DNA of 64,000 nt from Pelomyxa schiedti (taxonomy: Eukaryota > Protista > Evosea), in contig JAHLWZ010000291.1 of the NCBI GenBank assembly GCA_020536535.1, positions 1 to 64,000 of the forward strand, in the 5' to 3' direction. Positions within the stretch are counted from its first letter, which is position 1. Each line of letters starts with the position of its first letter. The position numbers were made by a program, and so were the translations under genes. The notes beneath the pieces were generated by a model. It did not search any database. It was not told the DNA's origin and was given only the letters and a program-made list of their open reading frames with translations. Below, in pieces: positions 1-10,488 of this stretch.

Positions 1-483
1 CGCGTCTTGCTCCCCGTCGCCCTCCGCCGCGTCCGCTGCCGCCCCCTTGGGTGCCCGCGATGCCTTGCTGCTGCAGTTGCCTCTGCCCTTGCTCCTGCCG
101 TTGCCTTTGCTGCTAGCCGCGGTGGCATCGCGCTTGCTGCCTCCTTCCCCCGCCGCCGCCGCGCCCTCGCTTTTGCTCGTTGCTTGCGCCTCGCTCGCGG
201 CCGTCGTAGCAGATGTCGTTGTGGTGCACGAGGAGCAAGACCGCCCGCGTGCCTGCTCGCTCTTGTTTCCCGAGTCCGAGGAGGAGGAGGCTGCGCCGCC
301 GCCAGCAGCAGCACGACTGCAGTCGCGGGCTCCATCTCCGTAGTCATTGTCGTCGGCACTGGGTGCAGCACACGGGGTGTTGGACGCGGCCTCTCCGTCG
401 CCAAACGAGGACGAGGTACCGGTACCCGGCGATGCGCGGCGCCCCGACTGGGGACCGAAGAATGAGAAGAGGTCCCGCTGCAT
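1..483 (-). CDS. 5' part of a second copy of the WDR76-like WD40 gene (runs off the window)
   Basis: ATG at 483 reads MQRDLFSFFGPQSGRRASPG, matching the start of the 44701 ORF (K to Q at one position). Confidence 0.7.
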   Translation of the reverse strand, partial: MQRDLFSFFGPQSGRRASPGTGTSSSFGDGEAASNTPCAAPSADDNDYGDGARDCSRAAAGGGAASSSSDSGNKSEQARGRSCSSCTTTTSATTAASEAQATSKSEGAAAAGEGGSKRDATAASSKGNGRSKGRGNCSSKASRAPKGAAADAAEGDGEQDA

Positions 484-960
484 CGTGGTTGCCGGCGTCA
501 GGTATCGATCAAAGATTTTTTTGTGGTGTGGTGCCGATTAATTATTGAGATTGGATGCATCTTTTTTTTTTTTTATTACACATGAACAAATGCTGTGGTT
601 GTGTGGTTCTGAGTACTCCATGTGTTAGAAGCTGTGGTTTGTTAGTTGGCCGGGTTTTTGGTTTGTTTTTCGTACGTACTCATCAAAATTCTGGGATAGG
701 GCTCCCATTAACTCTGATGTATCAGGTGATTGTGGTTGTACTTCCGGTTCTTGGATAGTTGGCTGCAAGGGATTTAATTTGAATTTTGACTAAGGTGAAA
801 GAAACCTTATGTGACTCCTCCTCCTCAGTTGCGTCCGCGGGTTTATCTTCTTCTTCTCCATTTGCACTAGGGTTGATGACCTCAGGCTTTTCCGAGATGC
901 TGATTTCCGTTTTCTGTTGTTCTTCGGCGTTGTCCAGTCTTTGGTTGTTGTTGGTTGGGT
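1..960 (+). repeat. Near-identical second copy of 44201-45161 (5' part of the WD40 gene and 3' end of OFD1), ending at an assembly gap
   Basis: Base 1 cgcgtcttgctccccgtcgc aligns to 44201 cgcgtctcgctccccgtcgc. The two are colinear up to ttggttgggt (960 vs 45161) with scattered substitutions and short indels. Confidence 0.95.
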
Positions 961-1060
961 NNNNNNNNNNNNNNNNNNNNNNNNNNNNNNNNNNNNNNNN
1001 NNNNNNNNNNNNNNNNNNNNNNNNNNNNNNNNNNNNNNNNNNNNNNNNNNNNNNNNNNNN
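961..1060. other. Assembly gap (100 N)
   Basis: Run of 100 N. Confidence 1.
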
Positions 1061-1115
1061 CGGCGCCGCAACGGGGGTGTGTGCCCATCACCAGGGCCAA
1101 GACCTGGTCGCCCAT
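1061..1115 (-). CDS. N-terminus of a hypothetical protein of the 'LAxxMGTHPRCG' family, truncated by the gap
   Basis: ATG at 1115 gives MGDQVLALVMGTHPRCGA and then the N-run. A similar motif (MAFLCGAHPRSG) occurs at 14843. Confidence 0.45.
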
Positions 1116-1421
1116 TGTAATGCACTGCGATCGCGAGCACGGCGCCGGAGGTTTGACGGCCACCACTTTGCCGCAGCGCCCTTGTCGTAGCAGAGGTGCC
1201 GGTGCTGTGGGGTGGCATTGATCGCCGTACGGCGCCGGCACATGCGGCAGGGGAATAGTGGGGGAACAAGGTGGTGACCTCTTGTGTGTTGGCTGCATGG
1301 TCTGGAGTGCAATACGGAAAATGAGAATAGAAGAACAAAAAAATGTGGCCAACAACAAGTTACTACAGCCCAAGCCAGAGCTGAACCACCAAGGGTTCAC
1401 CTCCTATACAACCAGGGGGTT

Positions 1422-1492
1422 GGTCGCATAGCTCAACGGTGTAGAGCAAGCACCCGGTGCAGGAGATCTTGGTTCGAATCCAGGGGTGGCCA
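1422..1492 (+). tRNA. tRNA-like gene with a shortened anticodon arm (no assignable anticodon)
   Basis: Cloverleaf GGTCGCA-TA-GCTC/AACGGTGTA/GAGC-A-AGCACCCGGTGCAG-GAGAT-CTTGG/TTCGAAT/CCAGG-GGTGGCC-A. A and B boxes are present and a T-run follows at 1499-1506. Confidence 0.75.
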
Positions 1493-1691
1493 ATTCCCTT
1501 TTTTTTACCCGCTTCCCGATACCCCGGTTGTGGTGGCAAACCAAAAACCAACCAACACAAGCAAGCTCCAGCCCACGTTAGTGGTGTGTGTTGTATGTTC
1601 TGGCAAGCAACAAGAAAAGAAATAATGAAATCTCAGTTACTTTGTCCATGGTGTGGGTGTGTCATTCCTGTAATGATTCTGCCGGATTGTG

Positions 1692-4600
1692 TCAAAATCC
1701 TTGACTCTCGAGCCACTGGGCTACATCAGAACGGTCCCGGCTCAGCCACTCTGTCTGAGTACCTGAAAATAGGGATGAGAAAAGGTGAAGAACCAGTAGT
1801 CCTTACGTATTGTCTCCAGCCCTTGCTTTATGGTCATCTCAGTACCACATTTGTGTGTTGTGAAGAACTGCTCAACTTCACGTAATCGCTCAGTGGAAGC
1901 AAACTTGGTAATGACCATCGAAACTAATATTTTGGTAAGTTATTTTGGCATGATGACGGAGATGACGCACTGATGCGGCTAAAGAGCATAATTGAAGCAG
2001 AGAACGTGGTTTCCAGCCAAGCGTAGTTGGCGCACAGCCATGTCCAAGCAGTATCTGTCAGCAGAATATGTGACGAAATTTAATAAAATAATATTAATAT
2101 TTTTATTGAAAACAAAGTGGCTGGGAGCAACAAAATACCGGGGTGATGTGTAGCAACGGAGTTCAAAACAACATAGAAGTCCTGTGTTCGTACTTCCCCT
2201 GAATTCTTTGCCCAGTTGAGAACTTCCTCGGCCGCCGTACCTGTCTTGACATAACCCAGAACACCCAGAAGTAAAACTTTCTGGTCTTGCATGACCAACT
2301 GGCTTTGCTCAGGAGGAGTAAATTTCGGAGGAGGGTCACAAACCTTGTTATAGACCCCGTGAAGAGTGTCAAAGCCATTTTCTCTCTGCAGCATCACAGA
2401 AACAAACAGGGAGCCCAACAAATCGGAAGGCACAGACTTGGGATCGGCGTTGTACATATCAAACTTTTCATTTGCTTGAATGATAGTGGGCTGATCCCAG
2501 GAGTCTACCATTGCTCTCATTAAAAGAGCACGCAACTTCTTGTCAAGATCTCCTGTTTAAATTTTAGAAAAACCAAACTTGTGAATTTGATCAGCACAAC
2601 CTTCATCTGGTTTTACGTCCCATCCCAACCTTCGTGCTGCGGCAGAGTAAAGAGCCCGGCGGTATGCGCGAAGTTTTTCAATGACAGGTTCACCACGCCA
2701 TAATCGAGTAACAAGTCCTAGGCGTGATTAGTGGAGAGTTTGTAATACGAAGAAGACGTACCAACGTTCATTGCAATATCAGACCACACAGCAAAATTGG
2801 TCTCATCAACATAGGCAAGTGCTATGGACAGTGCCTGGGATGTGCGAGAATGCCCGGACTGGGCCAACGCAAATGCATCATTTTGAACTCCCAGTCTGTC
2901 AGAGGCACTTATAGTCTTGGACTTTGTTGCAATTCTATTATTAATGAATAAAAAAAAAACTAATGTCAATGTCCCACCCAAGTTTTTCATAAAGGTGTGT
3001 GTCGTATTTTACGCGGAAGACGCCAGTCTGTCCTGAATTTACCTACGTTCTTGTTAGACATGAATAACGAAACGACTCTAGAGAGTGTACTTTGATCCAA
3101 AAATCTCCTCCAGAGTGATTCATGGTATGAGTCTTCTCCCTGAATTCAAGCTTTTTTGGTATGTGGTCAACATCTGAGCTAATGAGCAGTGGCATCCACC
3201 AGGGTTGGTCTGTTGAAACGTCAAAAAGAACAACCACAATTCATAATAATACCTTCAATCCTCTTTCCAGAGGTAAGAAGTCGATCTTGGGAGAAATGGA
3301 TATGTGTTGGGTGGTATTGAACTGACAGGAGAGGATAGCCCACTCGCTTGACCCAGCAATTCATAACACTAGCAACATCAAATCCCGAAGCCTCTGACAA
3401 GGCATTCCACAAGTCCTACACAAATTGTTTCCACATAAAATTCGTATAGAACAATGCTGACTGTTGTGACGGCATTTCCGTAGAGGAAATTCTTCAGGTA
3501 AATGTTGAGTCCTTTACGGAAGGTATCTTCACCCAAGAAAGTGGCAAGCATTCGTATTACTGATGCTCCTGTTAGAGAATTAGTGAACACAGTTACTTCC
3601 ACATTGGCAACCTTTCGAATAGGAAATGGCATCAAAAATCTCGTTGACCTCATCTGGGCTTGATACATCAACTTCAATTGGGTGTGAGCTTTCCAAAGCA
3701 TCCAACTCCAATGCCTACACCAGAAGTTACTTCGAAAAAAAAGGATGGCGGAGCATTACATGGAACAGATCAGTTGAGATAAATTGTGTCCAAGTGTCCC
3801 TTAATTTTGCTTGGAAAGAAAACTTAAAAAGGGTATACACACCACTGGGGGAAAAGTTTATCTACCACTTGGGTCCCGACAAAGGTGGCAAAGCCTTCGT
3901 TGAGCCAGAGATTGTTCCACCATTCCATTGTTACCAAGTTTCCAAACCTGTCATCATGGGTTTGAAAAAAAGGACCCAAAAGTTGAAAAGTACCACTGGT
4001 GAGCCACTACAATAAATTGTGGAAGTGAGTCAGTTATTTACAAAGAAAGAGGAGTTAAGCTGTCTTACATTCATGTGCAACAACGTAGGCAACTCGTTGC
4101 TTCGTTGAAATAGAACTCAAGCCTTTGGGGAGCTTAGTGAATTTGCAATGAGGGATTAACCCACCTTCTTCAATTAAAAGAGCTGTCTCTCTGTATGTAA
4201 TCAAGCCCCAATTCCTGGAAGTTATTGTAAGGAACAACAAAGAGGCACTAAGCGTCTTACTCCATTGCACCAGCAGCAAAATCAGGAATTGCCATCATGT
4301 CACTATAGAGAGATTAGAAAATAACCACAAAATTGTTAGAAATACCATTTTGGCAGGGGATAGGGGATTTGATAGTAGTCCGTGAGGTAATCCAAAGTTT
4401 TCACAGCAACACTGAGGGCAAACGATCCCTGGTGACCTTTGCCCATAGGTGTGTAGACACGTATGTGAACACCATTTCCTGTCACTCCCTCAACAAAATC
4501 AAACTCTCCTACTGCAAAGGCAACCTGTTTTTCCATTTAGTCATCAAGGCTCACTATAGAGCTATAATACCAGGTACGTTGACATTTTAGGTGTAACTTG

Positions 4601-5533
4601 AAATCTCACTGACTTGAGATCTTCAGAAAAAAGTTTAAAAAAAAAAAAGCCAGTACAGGAGATACCGTTTGGAAGAGGGGTTTCCGAAGCAACAGGCATA
4701 TTGGAAACGGCAGTGGAAAACGTTGGAACAACGAGAGTTACGTCAAAGGTAGCTTTTTTTGCAGGCTCATCCCAGCAGGGGAAGGCACGTCTAGCATCTG
4801 TGGTGGTACTCAGTAAAAGGCAGAGAGAACAGGGAGAAGACAAACCCGGGGCTTCGAATTGAGTTGCGCCCATGTAGCGCTGTTCCTGCCCCACTTTGTA
4901 CGACGAACGATAAAAGCCACACAACTTGTCGTTCAACACAGCAGTGAAGGTAAGGTGCAACTTAGCTGGCCCCACGGGAATTGCACTTGCAAAATGAAGG
5001 CTCACCGTCTGCAGAGCCGTATCGTACGCTATATTCGATGTCTGAACCCAAGGAGGGACGTCAGTCCCTCTCCAAAATGGGGAAAAAAAAAAAAAAAAAA
5101 ACCCCACTGAGGGAGGTTTCTCCACACAAACCTATCAAGCAAAGAATCAAAGCAAACGCAACATAATGTAACGCAAACGTAAACGTAAAGTTACGTAGCA
5201 AAAACAAACCTCGTGAGTTACGCCGCCTACAGTGACAGTTGCCGACTGGACAGTAATTTCCAGTACGTGCATTACCACTTCAGACGTCTCCTTCGCCACC
5301 TCCACATCAATGTCCTCCTCCCCTTTTCACAGTGTCAAACATTGACAACCAAAACAACACGCCAACAGTTTAAAATAAAAATAAGATCTCGCTACAGTCA
5401 CACGTGACAGGGACTAGTTCACACCGGCAATATTGAATGGAGTTTTGAGATTCGGCTGCAACTTAAGTGTGTATTTGACAGGTGACACATTGTCAGGCAA
5501 CAACACTCGTGGCTTGGGCGTGCTTGCGCTCAT
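1692..5533 (-). CDS. M1 family puromycin-sensitive aminopeptidase (multi-exon)
   Basis: Motifs include [83 protein letters not shown], and an ERAP1_C-like C-terminus ending [10 protein letters not shown]. Confidence 0.93.
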
Positions 5534-5695
5534 CTTTGCTCTTTTTTTTTTTGTTTTTGTTTTCTTGCTTGGTTTTTCGTAATGAGAAAACCGTTGAGAG
5601 GTCGTTCTGGGTCTAACTGTTCTAAGCTAACAAAAAAAAAGTTTTTTTTTTACAACAAGGTTGATAGAGGTACAGATAATGGTGTGATATGATAG

Positions 5696-8443
5696 CTATA
5701 ATCGCATAAAGACTTGGAAGTTCGTTCGTGAGTTGGTGTCAAGTGCAAGTTTGTCAAGTGATATTCTGGAGGCCTCAAACATTTCTCTGACTTTGGACAC
5801 GTGTGCTGGATGAAGCTGTTTAAGAAGGCTTCTTGAGTAAAGAGTTACATACACCAAAGAGTTTGAAGGGCACCACAAGCTGATTTGCACAGTTCACTGG
5901 AAGTTGAGTGGTGTTTCAAGGCATTAATTATTGCCTCAATGCCACCAGCTTCTACAATGAGGTCCTCATTATCTAGGGATGTTAAATGGCTTTCTGTGGA
6001 CAGAGTCATACCGTCATTGCATGCAAGGTTTCTCAAAGCCCCACATGCGGCCACACAGACGCGCACTGTCAAAATGTGCGTTGTTAATGTGGAAACGATT
6101 GCCGGTATAGCCCCAACGTCAACCACAAGGGCAACATTGACTGGGAAAGGAGAAAGTATGAGACAGACAACAAACGGTGAACATAGAAAACCTGAGTTGT
6201 TGAATGTCAAGTTGCACAGTGCCCACAGGGCCGCACTGCAGACAGTTGGTTGTTTTAAATGAGTTTTTAGAACAAAAGTAACAGCTGGAATAGCACCAGC
6301 CTTAGATACAATGACCCTGTTCTCTGTATTTCTCATTATTTTGAAGTAGAAATCGTACGATACCTGAACTATTAGATGTCAAGTGGCACAAGGCACGGCA
6401 TGCCGCCTCGCACAAACTGGGTGAATTTGTATGTGCAATAAGGGCAGCCACAATGAGGGGCACAACACCGGCCCCAACAACAATGCTTTTGTTTTCTAGA
6501 TTCTCTTACTGTGGGCTTGATGGAAGGAAAGAAACAAACCAGGGTTATTATATGTGAGATTTCGTATGGCAGCACAGGCAGCTTCACATACAATTGCACA
6601 GGCTGCGTGAGTTCTAAGAACTGAAACAATTGGAGGAACGCCACCCTGCTGAACAATCAATACCTCATTTTCTGTGGTATATCAACAGAAAGCAATGTCA
6701 GAACAGCGGCTGTAACCGATAATGAGAACCTGAATTCTTTGATAACTGTTGCAAGAGTGCGCATGCAGCACCACACACACTAGGTGAGGTGCTATGAGAA
6801 GTCAGTAATGATATAACGATCGGAATTGCTCCTTGCTTTCTTGCTTGAATTCTTTTATCTACCCAGAGAACGAAAGTGAGCCGAAACGAAATTAGGTACA
6901 AGACACACCATCACTTTCACTACATATTTTTGTGAGAGCCGAGCAGGCATTAGTAATTACATCTGGGTGCTTGGTATATTTCGGAATGGCTCGTAATATA
7001 GATCGAATTGCGGGTGTGTCTCTTGCTGCAAGCTCAGCCATAAAAGTAGCTAAAGGGAGATTAAGAAGACATTATGTTGAAGACTGCTACGCTTTGATGC
7101 ATGTTCCACAAAAAGTTCATCAATAATCTGATTAATCGAGGGTCTATCTGATGGATTCTTCTGTGTGCACTATGGCGTATTAATGGAAATACAATATCGT
7201 GAAATGTAGCACTTGTGAAATCAAGTCTCTCCAGAAACCTCTTGCTCGGTGAAACAGGAGAGTTTCCGCAGATGGCAATTTTCCCTCAATAACTTCGTAA
7301 ACGACCACACCGTAACTGATTGGTAGGTAAGGGAACAAACATTGAAACAGGAGAGGGAACCTAAATATATCAACTTTATTGTTGTAGCTCGTTTTGGCAG
7401 CAGTGGCAGATCGTAATTCTGGAGCCATCCACTGCCTGCAGAATGTGACTGCGAGTGTAATAGAGGTTTAATTACCAAGTCCCACACAGGGTAGCAGCAA
7501 TAGATTGCTCTGACATAACCCGGGAAAGACCCAAATCACACAATTTAACTATCGAAAAATCAACAGAGACCTAGAGTTCGGGTTGCTCCAAAGCAAGACT
7601 CAAATTTCATACCAGCACATTCTTGCTTTTTAAATCTCTGTGAGTTATACTCGCTTTGTGCATTGCCCTGTTACTGTGAGGTTCGTCTTCAGGAAAAGAG
7701 AGGAGTACCCTAAAGCAAGGGCGATGGAATATGCTACTTTAAATTGTTTATCATCGGGAATTAACTGTTTTTTCACGTGGATTATATCCCATAGTGAACA
7801 GTCTACAAATAACTCAGAAGGAGTAACACGTAATTGAGATGTAATACCCATTAATTCTATAATCAGGCACGGAGGTGTTATGCAGTAGCCAAAAATCTTT
7901 ACTATATCAGGGGATCGCAGTTTGCTTTGAGGTTCTGAGAAAAGTTTGGCCACAGGATACGCAGTGGTACCTCAAAGCCTCTGCTTCAATCCAAAAATCA
8001 TTGGGCAATTCCTCCCCAGGAACGCACTTCAAAAGCTTGATTGCCACCGGTTGTGTGCCGCACAAAATTGCCTTGCACACCTACGCAGATTTCTCGTGTG
8101 AATGCAAAAATAAAAAAATAAAATGACTGCCTCGCAAAACGGTGGGGAAAGAGGTGAAAGAGGTCCAACATTTAAGACGAATATTGGGTTTGACACTTGA
8201 ACAAAAAACAAACAGACACACACACACACACACACACACCACGCCCGTCGCGCCTGCGGCAATGTCCTCGCCCCTCACGATGTCGTTGGCGTAGTCGTAC
8301 CGCTTCAGCGCGGCGCAGGCGGCCTGCATGGGCGAGTGGGACGCGGTGGCCGTCGTTGGCTCCACTGCCGCCGCCGATGCCGCCGAGGACGGCGTCGTGG
8401 TGTTCGAAACGCCCGGGCAGCCCGTCGGTGTCGTCGCGCTCAT
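5696..8443 (-). CDS. TKL-type protein kinase with C-terminal armadillo repeats (multi-exon)
   Basis: Kinase motifs IAAGATGVV..VAIK, HRDLKSKNVL, KLCDLGLSR, WMAPE, KVDIFSYG. These are followed by ARM repeats (GAIPAV..VCSAALWALCNL; CVAACGALRNLA; GGIEAIINAL). Confidence 0.88.
8216..8239 (+). repeat. (CA)n microsatellite at the 5' end of the kinase's first intron
   Basis: acacacacac... run. Confidence 0.9.
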
Positions 8444-8655
8444 CGCCCGTGCTTTCACCTTTTTTGCGTTGCCTCGAGGTTGTTGATGAGTTTGACTTCG
8501 GCTGCTTCGCCTTCTGCTAACGTATTTCTTCCGGGAGTTGATCAGCAGTGACACTCCCTCTCCAACTTCCATTCTCCTTTGATCCTCACACAAACCCAGT
8601 GTCAATCCGCCATAACCACCCCCGGGGTGAGTGACTTTGTCTTTTTCCCTCTTCA

Positions 8656-8842
8656 ATGATCAAGTCCAAATCGGTTCGGTGCGTGTCTTCACAACTTGTG
8701 ATTGGGCAACTTCTTGTCTCCCGAAAAGCCATTCTCCATTTGATTTAAGCGATGTAATCCCCCGTAGCTGTCGTTTCTTTCGCTGACAACTGCTGGGGAC
8801 CCCACGCACACTCATCTTGCCTGCTTGCCTATCGTGGTTTTT
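8656..8842 (+). ncRNA. Candidate ~185-nt structured Pol III-type RNA of unknown class
   Basis: The ends pair (ATGAT/ATCGT, CAAG/CTTG), there is an inner helix GTGCGTG/CACGCAC enclosing three hairpins, and a T5 run follows. Upstream CCACCCCCGG is shared with the tRNA-like loci. Confidence 0.4.
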
Positions 8843-8945
8843 AATCAAGAGAAGTTATATCCACTAAACAAATCGGAGTTTCCCTTCAAGAAGAAGTCTG
8901 ATTGTACAAACAAGAAGTAAAAGACAAAAAAAAAAGACAAAAAAC

Positions 8946-10361
8946 ATGAATTCACTCAAGGGCTATGCTGGTCTGAGAACTGAGGAGTGCATTGACATGC
9001 CCACCATCGAAGTTATCGACGGGCCCGTGACTCTGCCTGCCAGGCCACAATATTCCCTGGTATCACGGGAATTATGGGAGAGATGTGCTACCACTTTTCA
9101 GGGCATGTTGCCAACAGGTAGAGCTTTTATTTTTTGTAATATGAGTGGCATGGCATTCACCAAAAAAAAAAAAAGGTTCACAAACTGTGAGCCTGAGTGA
9201 GGTGAGAAGACAGTGGAAGGATGATAGTCCATTTAGATCAACTTATGAAGTGTCAGCAGCAGAAAGGAGGATCGAGATTGCAGGAAACGAAGTCAGCTTG
9301 TCACAGTTTGCTCTGGGGAGCTTATTGCTTTCAAGAACCTCAAATTATCCAAAGTTCTGTTCAGTTCAGCAGTACATCGAGAGGTGAAGATAACTCCCTT
9401 GTCCCCATAAATAATTGAAAATTGCATAGTGGGTTCTCTGGCGCTTCCATGCTTGCTTCTTGTTGTGATGGACACCAATTCTATTACATATTATTTCTGG
9501 TGCTGCTCATTGTTAACGCCATTGCTTCTGTAAGTAATACAATTTCTTCCACTCACTGTAAGTTAATAATCGACAGGTTGCATCAATGGCGATTTTCTGG
9601 ATTTCTCCAATCGCTGTAGTCACTCTTGGAATCGCAATATTCTTATTTTACATGTGGCATAGCGTGTTCTTTGTGTGGAAGAATGAGCACTTACCTGGTA
9701 TGACAGGGCTTTTGCCGTTCTTTTTCCGCTCAAGTGTAATAAGGCTCTGCCCTGGGTTTCGCAAGTTACAGCCTCCTATGCTTGGCAGTGGGCTTCTTTA
9801 TCGGTGTCCTACAATGGGGGGAACCTAGAGTGACTGACTGGTACAAATTCTGGTACGCCTGGTGCACTCTGCAACTTGTTTATTTTTGTCTGAGCACTGT
9901 TCTTCTTGCACACATCTGCCTATTACTGAAGAATATATCACTGTCCACTCAAATTCCAGTTCCGCAGGTATACTCCATATCCTAAAAAGAACTCCACAGA
10001 CCGAAATCAATTCACCGCAACTCAAACGACTCACCACGCACAGGTGACACTGGCCACGTCACACATGGTTATGGCATGGGGCTTTCTAGGCGTCTGCATA
10101 GTGTGCTTCGCCATTGTCAGTGTTGTCAGCGCGTGCCTATCTGATTTCCACGTTGTTGCAGTGGGTGGAGCCATTGGATTCTCACTGATATTCGTGGGTC
10201 CATCCCTGGGACTATTCATAGCTGCCTGGGCTCAGGGGTACCCCAGGAGACTGTCAATAAGTGGACTGGTGGCCTGTGGCCTCACTCTCATTGTGGCTGG
10301 GGGTCTCTGTGCCGCATTTACTTTAACTGGATCCTTTATACCCTTGAGTGAGGAATACTGA
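8946..10361 (+). CDS. Multi-pass (~7 TM) membrane protein with a degenerate EF-hand-like N-terminus
   Basis: Spliced exons give about seven hydrophobic segments after F-QGMLPTGSQTVSLSEV and AGNEVSLSQF loops. Confidence 0.6.
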
Positions 10362-10488
10362 TTTTGTGAATAAATATTATACAAAAAAAAAACAAGTGTT
10401 GATAATTGGGTTGGCATTGTAACGTTCCTTCTTCTTACAGAGTCCTCAAAATTTACACTTTTTGTTTTTGTACGGTCGCGCGCGCTTT

